Part shown: positions 18,355-28,907 of the stretch, one piece after another
Position numbering within the stretch: position 1 is the stretch's first letter
Layout of the letters: each line of letters starts with the position of its first letter
Origin: Candidatus Eiseniibacteriota bacterium
GTDB taxonomy: Bacteria; Orphanbacterota; Orphanbacteria; Orphanbacterales; Orphanbacteraceae
Length of the DNA: 64,000 nucleotides
NCBI GenBank assembly: GCA_029262235.1
Contig: JAJCZU010000008.1
Coordinates: 266,381 to 330,380, forward strand
Direction of reading: 5' to 3'
Made by a program: the position numbers and the translations under genes
Notes under the pieces: generated by a model
Told to the model about the DNA's origin: nothing
Seen by the model: the letters and a program-made list of their open reading frames with translations, nothing else
Databases searched by the model: none

Positions 18355-19777
18355 GGTCCTCTTCAACTCGGGGATGCTGTTCACGGGGCAGCTGGTCGTG
18401 AAGATCCTGGGCCTTGTCTGGATCGCGATCATCGCGCGGCACCTGGGCGACGCCGGATTCGGGTACCTCTCCTACGCGCTCTCGCTCGCAGGCCTCTTCG
18501 GCGTTCTCGTGGAATTCGGTTTTTCGTACGTGCTCACGCGGGCCGTGGCGCGCAGCCCGGGTGACACGGCGGCCTACGTTTCGAATATCCTCGGCATGCG
18601 GCTCGCGCTGACATGCGTTTCCGTTCCGCTCACGCTGGCGGCATCGCTCTACACGGGCGCCACGACGAGCACGCTGCTTCCGATTCTGATCGCCGCGCTC
18701 GCCACCGCGGTTGCGGGAATCGGCGCGACGTCGACTTCCGTCTTCTTCGGCAGAGAGCGGATGGAGTACCCGTCCGTCATCATGGTCGGAAGCAAAGTCG
18801 TGTCGATCCTGATCGGGCTGCTCGTGGTGCGCATGGGCGGCGGCATCGCCTGGATCGCGCTGCTGTTTCTGCTGGAACCACTACTCAACCTCGTCATTTC
18901 GATTCCGATCCTTTCGCGCGAGTTCGGGGTGCGGTTCGTCCCGGTGCTGCGGCGATCTTCGGGCATGCCGCTCTTTCGTGAAGCGCTCCCTTTCGTTCTT
19001 ACGATGGCTCTCGGCATGATCTACTTTCGGATCGACGTCGTGATGCTCTCCGCGATGCAGGGCGCGCAGGCCGTGGGGTGGTACAGCGCGGGCTATCGTC
19101 TGCTGGAAGGGCTCGTGTATCTGCCGGGCGCGTTCATCAACACGCTGTTTCCGGTGATGGCGCGGCTCAAGTCGTCGTCCGACGCGAAGCTCGCGCCCGC
19201 CGTTTCCCGCGCGTGGGAGTTCATGGCCGCGCTGGCGCTTCCTGCGGCGCTCACGCTGATCATTCTGAGCGACGGCATCGTGGCCGTTCTCTTCGGCGAT
19301 CAGTTCACGGAAACGGTGCCGGTTCTGCGGCTCATCGGGGCCGCGCTCTTCTTCGTATTCGTGAACAATCTGCTTGGCACGATGCTGGGCGCGATCGACA
19401 GACAGATGGCGCATTTCTACGCCTCGCTTGGGGGCGTTTTAGTGAACGTGCTGCTGAACCTGTGGTGGATTCCGAAGTACGCGCACGTGGGCGCGGCCAG
19501 AGCGACGCTGCTCACGCAGGGACTGGTCTTCGCGCTCCTCTCCTTTCTCGTGTTCCGCTATCTCGGCGCGCGCCCGGGCGGTCTGCGGCTGCTGAAACTC
19601 GCCGCGTGCGGTATCCTGATGACCGTCGTTCTTCTCGCGACCAGGAGCCTGCCGCTTGGCGTCGCGCTCGCTTCCGGCGGCGCCACGTATATTGCCGCGC
19701 TCTTCCTCGTGAACGCGCTCACTCCCGAAGAGAAAGCACTCGTCGGAAGCGCGATCGGCATGCGGCGCAGCAGCTGA
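18344..19777 (+). CDS. Wzx flippase
   Basis: Multi-TM MOP fold; ARHLG...FG, IYFRID.VML, VGWYSA.YR, LFP, IP.Y...GAA.AT. Confidence 0.9.
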   Translation: MLRKVLFNSGMLFTGQLVVKILGLVWIAIIARHLGDAGFGYLSYALSLAGLFGVLVEFGFSYVLTRAVARSPGDTAAYVSNILGMRLALTCVSVPLTLAASLYTGATTSTLLPILIAALATAVAGIGATSTSVFFGRERMEYPSVIMVGSKVVSILIGLLVVRMGGGIAWIALLFLLEPLLNLVISIPILSREFGVRFVPVLRRSSGMPLFREALPFVLTMALGMIYFRIDVVMLSAMQGAQAVGWYSAGYRLLEGLVYLPGAFINTLFPVMARLKSSSDAKLAPAVSRAWEFMAALALPAALTLIILSDGIVAVLFGDQFTETVPVLRLIGAALFFVFVNNLLGTMLGAIDRQMAHFYASLGGVLVNVLLNLWWIPKYAHVGAARATLLTQGLVFALLSFLVFRYLGARPGGLRLLKLAACGILMTVVLLATRSLPLGVALASGGATYIAALFLVNALTPEEKALVGSAIGMRRSS

Positions 19778-19834
19778 AGCGCGCCCCCCGGTAAGAAGCG
19801 CGGGCTCTTGCTCCGAGACGGAAAGGAATGGCCC

Positions 19835-21016
19835 TTGCGGGTTCTTGTCATCGACCACACGGGCGGGATTGAAGTATTTCGCGAGAAGTACCGGCTGCTC
19901 GCGGCCGCGCCGGACATGGATCTCACGCTGTTCGCGCCCGTATCATGGATCGAAAACGGTCGCGAAGTACGTTGCGACACGAACGCCGACGGCTATCGAA
20001 TCCGCACGGGACGCGCGAGTTTCCGCGGGTACGAGAATCGCGGCTTCTTCTACACCGGCCTTGCCGCCACGATCCGCGAAGCGCGCCCGCACGTGATTCA
20101 TCTTCTCGAAGAGCCGTACAGTCTGATCGCCCTTCAGAGCGTGATGCTCGCGCGGATCTTCTGCCCCGACGCGCGCATCGTCTTCTATACATTCGACAAC
20201 CTGCAAACCGGATTTCGCTATCCGTACCGGCCGTCCTGGTTCTACGGGCTGGTGCAGCGTCATGTGCAGCGGCACGCGGACATGGGAACGGCCAGCTGTA
20301 TCGATGCGGGGAATGTTCTGCGATCGCGCGCATTCGACAAGCCGATTCGCTTTACTCCCCTTGCCGTCGACGAGAAGCGATATCGTAGGAAGGACGTGGC
20401 GCAGAAACGCGCCGATCAGGGGCTCGGGGCGTTCGTGATCGGTTTTGTCGGACGCATGCTGCCGGCGAAGGGAATCGCGGTGCTGCTCGACGCGCTGCTG
20501 CGGCTCGAAGGCGACTGGTCGTGTGTTTTTCTCGGCTCCGGGAGCGAGGCGGACACGATTCGAAAGTTTACGGCAGAGCACGACCTTGCGGACAGGATTC
20601 GGATCGTGCCGGGTGTGCCGCACGCCGAAGTTCCCGACTACATCAATCTCATGGACGTGCTGGTCGTTCCTTCGCAGACCACGCACAAATGGAAAGAACA
20701 GTTCGGCCGTGTGCTGATCGAGGCGATGGCATGTTCGGTGCCCGTGATCGGTTCCGACAGCGGCGCCATACCGGAAGTCGTCGGTGACGCGGGCGTCATC
20801 TTTCCCGAGCGTGATTCGGAAGAGCTGGCCCGCATTCTCATTGCACTGCAGGGCGACCCGAAACGGCGCGAAGCGATGGGCGACGCGGGCAGGGCGCGCG
20901 TGCTGCAATACTTTACATGGAAACGGGTCGCCGAATCGTACCGCTCGATCTACGACGATCTCATGAGCGGCGCACCCGTTTCCGAAAGGGCTCCTGCATG
21001 GAGTATCTCTTCCTGA
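19835..21016 (+). CDS. glycosyltransferase family 4
   Basis: IGFVGR....KG, WKEQFGRVLIEAMAC..PVI.SDSG.IPEVVG. Confidence 0.9.
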   Translation: MRVLVIDHTGGIEVFREKYRLLAAAPDMDLTLFAPVSWIENGREVRCDTNADGYRIRTGRASFRGYENRGFFYTGLAATIREARPHVIHLLEEPYSLIALQSVMLARIFCPDARIVFYTFDNLQTGFRYPYRPSWFYGLVQRHVQRHADMGTASCIDAGNVLRSRAFDKPIRFTPLAVDEKRYRRKDVAQKRADQGLGAFVIGFVGRMLPAKGIAVLLDALLRLEGDWSCVFLGSGSEADTIRKFTAEHDLADRIRIVPGVPHAEVPDYINLMDVLVVPSQTTHKWKEQFGRVLIEAMACSVPVIGSDSGAIPEVVGDAGVIFPERDSEELARILIALQGDPKRREAMGDAGRARVLQYFTWKRVAESYRSIYDDLMSGAPVSERAPAWSISS

Positions 21017-22158
21017 CAGTTTCCGCGCTCGTGAGCCTCTGGGTGAACGGAATCGGATTGCTTCGCCGCGCTCCGGTGACGAACATCCTCGTCTTCAAGC
21101 TCGATCATCTCGGCGACATCGTGACGGCAACGCCGGCCTTCGACTATCTGCGCCGCACCCATCCGGGCGCGCATATCACCGTGGTGGTCGGTTCGTGGGT
21201 GGCGCCGATTCTGAAGGGGCATCCGGCGATCGACGAGCTGATCGAGTACGACAGTCCCGTTTTCGACCGGGGCGACCGATCGAAGGGCAAGCCGCCGCTG
21301 CAATCCGTGCTTCCGAAGCGCCGGTACGATCTCGTGATCGGTCTGCGGGACGACCGGGCCTCGCTTCGCCTGTCGCTCACTGTCGGCGCGACGCGGCGGC
21401 GCGACAGGGGAACGATTCGGCTTCTTGCGAAGCTGCCCGGGTTCGGACGTGGAAAATCCGCCGCTTCGCCGGCCGGCGGGATGCATGAAGTGGAAACGAA
21501 CCTCCGCATCGCGGGCGCGGGCGCCGACGCGGATCCCGCAGGTGAAAACGCGGTTCCCTCGCTGACGGTCCGCGAGGAGGATCGGGAGTGGGTGAAGCGG
21601 GAGCTTGCGGGCGCGCGCACGAACGGGCGCAGGTATGTGGTACTGCACCCGGGCGCGTTCTCCCCCCTGCGGCTCTGGCCCGCGGAACGGTTCGCGGCCG
21701 TGGCGCGACAGATCCGCGCGGATGGTCGCTTCGACGTCATCGTGACGGGGAGCGCGGCGGAAGCCCCCCTCGCGAAATCGATCGCGGAAATGGCGGGAGC
21801 GGGCGTCCATTCGCTGGCGGGCGAGACTTCACTCACGCGCGTCATCGCCGTGATCGCAGGAGCGCAGGCGATGGTCTCGCTCGACACGGGAGTCATGCAC
21901 ATTGCCACCGCGGTCGGCACACCGGTCGTCGCGCTCGTCGGTCCCGAGAATCCTGCGCGTTTCGGCCCCTACGGTCCGGGTCACGTCGTGATCTATCACG
22001 CACTTTCCTGTTCCCCGTGCGATCAGGTTCACTGTGTCCGCGCTTCGAACGAGTGCATGGAGCTGATCACGGTCGCGCAGGTGAATCAGGCACTCACGCG
22101 CGTTCTCCCTCCCGCTCCACCGTCAGGCCCGGCTGTTGATCGAGCCGCGGACCGCTGA
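20998..22158 (+). CDS. glycosyltransferase family 9 (heptosyltransferase-like)
   Basis: LDHLGDIV..TP, LHPGA....R.WP.E.F, DTG.MHIA.A.GTP.VAL.GP, CSPC..HC...C. Confidence 0.9.
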   Translation: MEYLFLTVSALVSLWVNGIGLLRRAPVTNILVFKLDHLGDIVTATPAFDYLRRTHPGAHITVVVGSWVAPILKGHPAIDELIEYDSPVFDRGDRSKGKPPLQSVLPKRRYDLVIGLRDDRASLRLSLTVGATRRRDRGTIRLLAKLPGFGRGKSAASPAGGMHEVETNLRIAGAGADADPAGENAVPSLTVREEDREWVKRELAGARTNGRRYVVLHPGAFSPLRLWPAERFAAVARQIRADGRFDVIVTGSAAEAPLAKSIAEMAGAGVHSLAGETSLTRVIAVIAGAQAMVSLDTGVMHIATAVGTPVVALVGPENPARFGPYGPGHVVIYHALSCSPCDQVHCVRASNECMELITVAQVNQALTRVLPPAPPSGPAVDRAADR

Positions 22159-22170
22159 TAGGGTACTTTG

Positions 22171-23370
22171 ATGAAGGTGCTCTTCCTCACGTCCCGCCTG
22201 CCGTTCCCTCCGCACCGCGGGGACCGCGTGCGCACGTTTCACTTCTTGAAAACGCTCGCCCGCGACCATGAAGTTCACCTGATCTCGTTCATTCAGTCCG
22301 ACGAGGAACGGGCTCTTCTGCCTCAGCTCGAACGATTCTGCAAAGTCGAAACCGTACTGCTCAAACGCCGTGACTCGTGGTGCAACATGATCCGGAACGC
22401 GGCTTCCCCGCTGCCGTTCCAACTGCTTTACTACCGGTCCGGCGCGATGCGCGATCTCGTGGCGCGCCGCGCGGCCGCGACGAAATTCGATCTCGTGTAC
22501 ACGCACCTGTTTCGCATGGTTCCGTACGCGCCCGAGCCGACCGGAGCCGTCCGCGTGCTCGACCTCACCGACTGCATCTCCCGTGAACTTTCCGCTTCGC
22601 TCGCGTACAGAAACCCGCTCTTGCGACCGCCGCTTCGCATGGAGGCGGACAAGATCCGGCGTTACGAAGCCGACGCCGCAAACCGTTTCGATGAAGTCTG
22701 GACGATCTCGGAAGCGGACGGGCGCGACATTGCGGAGCGCGCGCCGAACGCCCCGCTCGTTGCCGTGCCGAACGGTGTCGAGCCCGCGCTTTTCGACTGT
22801 ACGCCCCGGCGCAACGGGACACGCCTCGGATTCCTCGGGAACTTCAGCGTGCCTCATAATATCGACGCGGCAGGATTCCTGGCCCTCGAGATCATGCCGC
22901 TCGTTCGGGAAGCCGTTCCCGGCGCCGAGCTCGAACTGATCGGCCACGGCGTCGGCGATGAAGTCATGCGGCTCCACGGCACGAACGGCACCATCGTGTC
23001 AGGTCCGGTCGAACGACTGGAAGACGGGTTCGCGAATCTCACGGTGTTCGCCTCTCCGCTCCGTTTCTCAGCCGGCATTCAGAACAAGATCATCGAGGCG
23101 ATGGCGGCCGGCGTTCCCGTCGTGACGACCTCTCTCGGCAACCGCGGGCTCGGGGCCGCGCTCGACGACGAGATCGTCGTGCGGGACGGCGCCGGCGTAT
23201 TCGCGGAAGCAGTTGTCGCGCTTCTCGGAGACCCGGCCCGCGCCGAGCGCATCGGCGAGAACGGCAGGGCGTTCGTGCGAGAGCGCTTCTCGTGGGAGAT
23301 CGTGGCACAGCGTGTCGCGGCACTCGGCACCGCCGGAACCGCCTCCGCGGCAGTTTCGCCGGGCGCCTGA
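22171..23370 (+). CDS. glycosyltransferase family 4 (TIGR03087-like)
   Basis: RLPFPPHRGDRVR, VPNGV, PLRFSAGIQNKIIEAMA.G.PVV. Confidence 0.9.
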   Translation: MKVLFLTSRLPFPPHRGDRVRTFHFLKTLARDHEVHLISFIQSDEERALLPQLERFCKVETVLLKRRDSWCNMIRNAASPLPFQLLYYRSGAMRDLVARRAAATKFDLVYTHLFRMVPYAPEPTGAVRVLDLTDCISRELSASLAYRNPLLRPPLRMEADKIRRYEADAANRFDEVWTISEADGRDIAERAPNAPLVAVPNGVEPALFDCTPRRNGTRLGFLGNFSVPHNIDAAGFLALEIMPLVREAVPGAELELIGHGVGDEVMRLHGTNGTIVSGPVERLEDGFANLTVFASPLRFSAGIQNKIIEAMAAGVPVVTTSLGNRGLGAALDDEIVVRDGAGVFAEAVVALLGDPARAERIGENGRAFVRERFSWEIVAQRVAALGTAGTASAAVSPGA

Positions 23371-23461
23371 GGGTTCGGCGCGGACTTCCCCTCGACGGGA
23401 AAACGGTGTTCTGGGATAATCCGCTTCTCATACGATTCGCAATTTTCCCGAGGTGGTATTC

Positions 23462-25033
23462 ATGGTTCCGATCGAGAGGTCATTGTTCCGCGCCCTCATC
23501 ATGCCTTTGCTCGCCCTGCTGGTGTTCCCGCTGACTCCGGCGATGGCCCAGAACAGCCCGACCGACGTCTCCACGTTCCTGATCACCGAGGGCCCCGTCG
23601 ACGAAACGGTCTACGAGGTCGGCCCGGGCGACGGTTTCACGATCACGATTCTCGGCCAGGCGCAGCAGTCGTGGAGAGTGCCGGTCACGCCCGAGGGAAC
23701 CGTGATCGTGCCCCCCGCCGGCGCGATTCCGGTCGCGGAAATGACGCTGCGCGAGGCGAAAAAGCGCGTCAAGACCGCTCTTGCGAACTACTACCGGAAC
23801 GTAGAAGTGCAGGTCACGCTCACGGAGCTTCGCCGATTCGAAATCCATGTGCTCGGCCAGGTCGAGAACCCGGGCACCTACATCGTGACCGCGGTCACGC
23901 GCGTTTCATCGGCCGTCGAACTGGCGGGTGGGTTTCTGGAGCCGGGATCACGGCGTCGGATCATGATCCGCGGCAGAGAAGGCGACACGGATTACGCCGA
24001 CGTGCTTCGCTTCGAAATGCTCGGGGAGCGCGAAGGGAATCCGTTCGTCACCGACGGCGACCTCGTTTACGTCCCTGTAAAGCTCAAAGAGGCCTCGATC
24101 TACGGTCAGGTGGCCCTTCCCGGCCGGTACGAGATCGTCGAGGGAGAAACGCTCGAAGACTTCATTCGTATCGCGGGCAGCTTTACCGACAACGCGGTGC
24201 TCGACAGCGTCGAAGTGCAGCGCTTTCGACCGGACGACCCGTCACGCACATCGCGTTTCTTCGTCAACTTCCGCGAGAACGCACCGGCGGCCGAGGCCAC
24301 CGAATATCGCATTCAATCGGGCGACGAAGTCTTCGTGCGCAGCATTCCGCAGTGGCATCTGCACCGCGGCGTGCAGGTGGGCGGCGAAGTCCGCTTCCCC
24401 GGTGTGTACGTAATCGACGAGGGCACGGAGCACCTCAGCGATCTCATCGTACGCGCGGGCGGGTTTACGGAAGACGCCGATCTGTTCGAGGCCACAGTCA
24501 CCCGGAGCTCGTTCCGGAGCGAGGCGCTTGACCGCGAGTTCGAACGGCTTCGGACCGTACCCGTTGCCGACATGACCGATGACGAATACGCGTACTTCAA
24601 AATGCGCTCCCGCGAGAAGAAGGAAGACGTTGTCGTTGATTTCGTTTCGCTGTTTCAGGAAAAGAACGAGACGAAGGACATCCTGCTGCGGCGCGGGGAC
24701 GTTATCAGCATTCCGCAGGTATCGAGAACCGTCACGCTGAGCGGCCAGGTCGTGAACCCGGGCAAGCTCCCGTTCGAAGAGGGCGAAAGCTACCGATTCT
24801 ATGTCGAAAGGGCGGGCGGTTACGCGCGACGCGCTGCAAAGGGAGACGTTCGGATCATCAAGGGGTCCACAGGGATCTGGTTCGACAAGGGGAAGACAAA
24901 ACTCGAGCCGGGCGACACGATCTGGATCCCCGAAAAGCCCGATCGCGATTACTGGGCACTCTTCAAGGACTTCATGACGGTGGCCGCGCAGGTCGCCACG
25001 GTTTATCTCGTGGTCGATCAGGCGTCCAAGTAG
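23462..25033 (+). CDS. polysaccharide export protein with multiple SLBB domains (Wza-like)
   Basis: Signal peptide; Y.VGPGD; repeated V.G.V..PG.Y....AGG motifs; C-terminal amphipathic helix. Confidence 0.88.
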   Translation: MVPIERSLFRALIMPLLALLVFPLTPAMAQNSPTDVSTFLITEGPVDETVYEVGPGDGFTITILGQAQQSWRVPVTPEGTVIVPPAGAIPVAEMTLREAKKRVKTALANYYRNVEVQVTLTELRRFEIHVLGQVENPGTYIVTAVTRVSSAVELAGGFLEPGSRRRIMIRGREGDTDYADVLRFEMLGEREGNPFVTDGDLVYVPVKLKEASIYGQVALPGRYEIVEGETLEDFIRIAGSFTDNAVLDSVEVQRFRPDDPSRTSRFFVNFRENAPAAEATEYRIQSGDEVFVRSIPQWHLHRGVQVGGEVRFPGVYVIDEGTEHLSDLIVRAGGFTEDADLFEATVTRSSFRSEALDREFERLRTVPVADMTDDEYAYFKMRSREKKEDVVVDFVSLFQEKNETKDILLRRGDVISIPQVSRTVTLSGQVVNPGKLPFEEGESYRFYVERAGGYARRAAKGDVRIIKGSTGIWFDKGKTKLEPGDTIWIPEKPDRDYWALFKDFMTVAAQVATVYLVVDQASK

Positions 25034-26241
25034 TCCGCGGCGCCCCCCGCAAGTTGCGCGACGATCGAGTCGAGCCTGTCCAGAATCGCATTCCAGCCGA
25101 ATTCCGTTTCCGCAAGAAGGCGCCCCGCACCTGCGATTCGCCGCGCACGGCTCCGGTCACGCAGAAGCTCCGCCGTATCCCGCGCTATCGTGCGGGCGTC
25201 GTCGCCGATAAGCGCGTTCGTGCCGTGAACGAGCGGGATCCCTTCCCCACCGAGTGACGTCGTCACGACAGGGCGTTCGTTCGCGAGCGCTTCGAGAATC
25301 TTGAGCCTGACACCGCTTCCGATTCTGAGCGGCACGACGCAGACCACCGCCTCACGTATGGCGCGACCGGCATGGGGCACGCGGCCAAGCAGACGCACGC
25401 CCGGCACCTCGCGCAGACGCTCCAGCTTCCCCGCCGAATCGTTGCCCGCAAGATGCAGCACCGCTTCCGGCACCTCTTTGCGAATCAGCGGAAGGATCTC
25501 GTCCCCAAGCCAGAACGCGGCATCACGGTTCGGCTCCCATGCGTAGTCTCCCAGAAAAAGCACCACCGGATCGTCCGGCGGGGGCGCGATGGTCTCGCCG
25601 GGAAACACGTCGGCGCCTGGCGGCAGCGTGGCGATTTCTGCATCGGGAGCGAGTTTCAGCAAGTGCGCGCGGTCCTCTTCCGAGAGGGCGATCGTCATGT
25701 CGGCGCCCCTCAGCGCGGCCGCTTCCGCCCTGCGAATTCGCGCGAGTTCCACGCGCCCGGCGATCCGCGCGGGCGCACCCTGCCGCTGCAGGTATCGCTC
25801 GAACAGAACGCTTTCCGCGTTGTGATCGACGAGCAGTACCGGCATGCGCGGCGCCGCTTCTTCGAGTACCGGGAGCAGATGCGCGGTAAAGAGAGTGTCG
25901 AGAATGGCAACGTCGAAAGTTTCGCGCGCGAGAAGCTCGCGGCATGCCTTGCGAGTTTCCGGAAGCGAATGGCGTGTAACGCGAAGCGAGTCGCCTGTCG
26001 CGGCGAAACGCATCGCAAGCGCGGCGCTCGAGACACGCGCGCACGAAACGGGAATCACGCGAACCGGGCCGGGCATCTTTTCGAGCGCGGCGGCGTCGCC
26101 GCTCCGCCGCACGGGCGCGAGGAAAGTGATGTGGTGGCCGCGTGCGGCGAGACCGGTGATGTGATGAAACGGGACGAGTTTTCCGCCGGAATCCGGTGGA
26201 AGTGGAATGAACGGGGTCGTGTGAAGGATGCGGAGTGGCAC
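25018..26241 (-). CDS. glycosyltransferase family 4
   Basis: P.PPDSGG, HNAES, PN.DA..W, PLRIGSGVRLKILEA; GTG start. Confidence 0.88.
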   Translation of the reverse strand: MPLRILHTTPFIPLPPDSGGKLVPFHHITGLAARGHHITFLAPVRRSGDAAALEKMPGPVRVIPVSCARVSSAALAMRFAATGDSLRVTRHSLPETRKACRELLARETFDVAILDTLFTAHLLPVLEEAAPRMPVLLVDHNAESVLFERYLQRQGAPARIAGRVELARIRRAEAAALRGADMTIALSEEDRAHLLKLAPDAEIATLPPGADVFPGETIAPPPDDPVVLFLGDYAWEPNRDAAFWLGDEILPLIRKEVPEAVLHLAGNDSAGKLERLREVPGVRLLGRVPHAGRAIREAVVCVVPLRIGSGVRLKILEALANERPVVTTSLGGEGIPLVHGTNALIGDDARTIARDTAELLRDRSRARRIAGAGRLLAETEFGWNAILDRLDSIVAQLAGGAADYLDA

Positions 26242-26243
26242 CG

Positions 26244-27443
26244 TCAGCTGTTCGAACTCTCTTCGGCCAGGCTCTTCTCGATTGCGTTCATGCGGCTTCG
26301 CACGACGTCCCAGCTGAAACGGGACTTCACATACGCGCGGCCGGCTTCGCCGATTTTGTGCGCGAGCGTATCGTCGTTCAGGATGCGGACGGTTTCGCGG
26401 GCCCATTCGTCGGGCGTCGAAGCCACAATGACTTCCTTGCCGACCTTCGCGCCGAGACCTCGCTGGACGTCGGGCGATACGATGCACGGCGTGCCGACCG
26501 CCATGGCCTGCAGCACTTTGTTCTGTGTGCCCGCCGCGAAACGAAGCGGCGCGACGAACACGGATGCTTCCGCGTGGAACTCCGCGATGTTCTTGACGAA
26601 ACCGCGCAGCGAAACGCCGTCGCGCGTCGCGAGGTCCTGCACGGCTTTCAAGTCGCCCGCGCCCGCGATCACGAAGTCGACGACGTCGCCGAGCTCGTCG
26701 CGCACCTTCGGGAGAATGTCGTCGCAGTAGAAACGAACCGCGTCCGTATTATGAAAGACCTCGAGGTGGCCGAGGAAATTGATGCGTCCGGGTACGCGCA
26801 TCTTGTCGACGCTCTGAAAGAGGCGCTCGTCGACGCCGTTCGGAACCACCTGAATGTTTCCGCCCGCGCCCACCGCTTCCAGAATGTCCTTCTCCGCCTG
26901 CGAGATCACCCAGCATTCGTCGGCCTTCTCGGCAATCCACTTTTCGTAGCGGCGAATGCGCGTCGCTTCCATGCGATAGACCGAACGCAGGAACCACTGG
27001 CGATACGGAACGGCCTGCAGCGTTTCGCGCGAGACGACATCCGTGAAATCGACGAGGTTGTACGCGCCCTTCACGAGCTGCGCGTACGGGAACACGCGAA
27101 ACAGATGCGAGTAGACCACATCGTAACCGCCTGCCGAGGACATCTCCTCGATCAGGTTCTCCATCTGATTGTCGCGGTAATACCAGACCTGCAGCGGGTC
27201 GGACGACAGAATGCCCTGCGCCGCATGCGTATACGACTTGTTCTTGCTGAGAGCGACCGTTTCGACGCGGTTGCAGACCTTCTCGAGCGTTTTGCGTGAA
27301 TCCACCTTCACAGGCCCATCGACGAACGTCACGAGATCGATCTCGTGGTCGGCCGACAGAACCTGCAGGATATTGAACGCACGCAGGCGATCGCCCTGGT
27401 CCGGCGGGTACGGCAGTCTTGATGTCAGAAACAGGATCTTCAT
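26244..27443 (-). CDS. glycosyltransferase family 4 (TIGR03087-like), paralogue of 22171..23370
   Basis: MKILFLTSRLPYPPDQGDRLR, APLRFAAGTQNKVLQAMA. Confidence 0.9.
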   Translation of the reverse strand: MKILFLTSRLPYPPDQGDRLRAFNILQVLSADHEIDLVTFVDGPVKVDSRKTLEKVCNRVETVALSKNKSYTHAAQGILSSDPLQVWYYRDNQMENLIEEMSSAGGYDVVYSHLFRVFPYAQLVKGAYNLVDFTDVVSRETLQAVPYRQWFLRSVYRMEATRIRRYEKWIAEKADECWVISQAEKDILEAVGAGGNIQVVPNGVDERLFQSVDKMRVPGRINFLGHLEVFHNTDAVRFYCDDILPKVRDELGDVVDFVIAGAGDLKAVQDLATRDGVSLRGFVKNIAEFHAEASVFVAPLRFAAGTQNKVLQAMAVGTPCIVSPDVQRGLGAKVGKEVIVASTPDEWARETVRILNDDTLAHKIGEAGRAYVKSRFSWDVVRSRMNAIEKSLAEESSNS

Positions 27444-27545
27444 GATTGAGGTTCGGCCTTTCCTTCCCAATACTGTAATGGGAACGGCGGCTGCGCTCCA
27501 CCGAAATCAGGCGGGCGCGGGCCGAATCACGAGGCTGCAGCGCGA

Positions 27546-28907
27546 TTATTCGAGCGGCGTTTCCTTGTCGAGCAGATCGGGAGCGTCGGTACGGCGCTCC
27601 GCCGCGATCTCGTCGTCCAGATGCCGGTCGGGTGCGGTACTCTGCGATTCCGCCGCGTCCGGGGTGCCGCCTTGCGCGGCCGGTTCGGGCGCGGCAGCGG
27701 CGCGATCCGGCGCCGGTTTCACGCGTTCGAGCAGGACACGCTGGATCGGCTCCGGCATCGCGATTCCGGCGCGATCGAACGCCTCCTTCACGAGACGAAT
27801 CGCCTCGCTTCGCGCGCGGCTGAAGTCCGCCTTCCGCTGGTCGACCCAGGCGAAAGTGCGCAGGTTCACTGTGGAATCGCCGAGTTCGCGGACGAGCGTG
27901 AACGGTTCGGGGTCGTTCTTGATGCCGTTGATCCCCGCCACCGTACTTTGAATCAGCGCCTGCGCGGTCGTGATGTCTTCCTCGTTCCCGAGGCCGAGAT
28001 CGAACTGGAAGCGGCGCTCGTCCTTTCGCGAAAAGTTCACGATGGTCGATTTGAACACGGTCGCGTTCGGAATGCGCACGTGATTGCCGTCGAACGTCAT
28101 GAGTATCGTGGCGCGCGAAGTGAGCCGCACCACTTTCCCCTCGTGCCCTTCGATCAGCACGTGATCGTTCGGTGCGAACGGCTGGCGCAGACTGAGCAGA
28201 ACGCTGGCTATATAGTTTTCGACGAGGTCGCGAAACGCGAAGCCGATGGCGAGACCAGCGACTCCGGCCGCGCCGAGTACGGTGCCGACAAGCGCCGTCG
28301 CGTCGAGAAGTTCGAGCGCCATCAGCAGACCGGTCAGGATCACGGCAAGATGGATGGCGCGACGAACGAGGTCGCGCAGAAAGACGTTGTCCGTCGTCCA
28401 GCGGAAGAGCGGTTCCCATGCAGTGAGCACACGCCCGAGCATCACGAAGAGCGCGACAAGCAGAATGGCCACGATCACGAGCGGGATCGCGCTGATCGCG
28501 CCCCACCCCCGGTCCTCGAGTTCGCCGAGAGCCGCGCGCAGTCGGCGCTTGATCGAACGCGACTGCTTGATCTCGTTTTCGATCGCGACCACGCCTTCGA
28601 CCTGGCTGGCCAGATCGGCCGCAAGCTGCAGCGCGCCCGCCGTCAATACTTCGCCCGTCAGGCGTACCACGCCGACGCGCACTTCAACTGAAACGCCGTT
28701 CAGCGATTCGATCCGTGAGTACGTCGCGACTAGACGCTCTTCGATCTCGAGGTCGCTCCCCGCGTCGATTTCCGCCGCGACCGTGCCGTCGTTCACGACA
28801 GTTTCCTGCGCGATGGCAGAGGACGGGATCGCGGCGCTGCCGGCCAAACCGGCGCACACACAGCAGAGCGAAAGGAACAGCATTCGCAAAAGTCGGTTCG
28901 TCATCAT
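27546..28907 (-). CDS. MscS mechanosensitive channel with N-terminal BON domain
   Basis: Signal peptide; V.V..GVV.L.G..V.GV..I.N (BON); GLAIGFAFRD..EN, RIPN (MscS). ATGA-coupled to the pdxT stop. Confidence 0.9.
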   Translation of the reverse strand: MMTNRLLRMLFLSLCCVCAGLAGSAAIPSSAIAQETVVNDGTVAAEIDAGSDLEIEERLVATYSRIESLNGVSVEVRVGVVRLTGEVLTAGALQLAADLASQVEGVVAIENEIKQSRSIKRRLRAALGELEDRGWGAISAIPLVIVAILLVALFVMLGRVLTAWEPLFRWTTDNVFLRDLVRRAIHLAVILTGLLMALELLDATALVGTVLGAAGVAGLAIGFAFRDLVENYIASVLLSLRQPFAPNDHVLIEGHEGKVVRLTSRATILMTFDGNHVRIPNATVFKSTIVNFSRKDERRFQFDLGLGNEEDITTAQALIQSTVAGINGIKNDPEPFTLVRELGDSTVNLRTFAWVDQRKADFSRARSEAIRLVKEAFDRAGIAMPEPIQRVLLERVKPAPDRAAAAPEPAAQGGTPDAAESQSTAPDRHLDDEIAAERRTDAPDLLDKETPLE

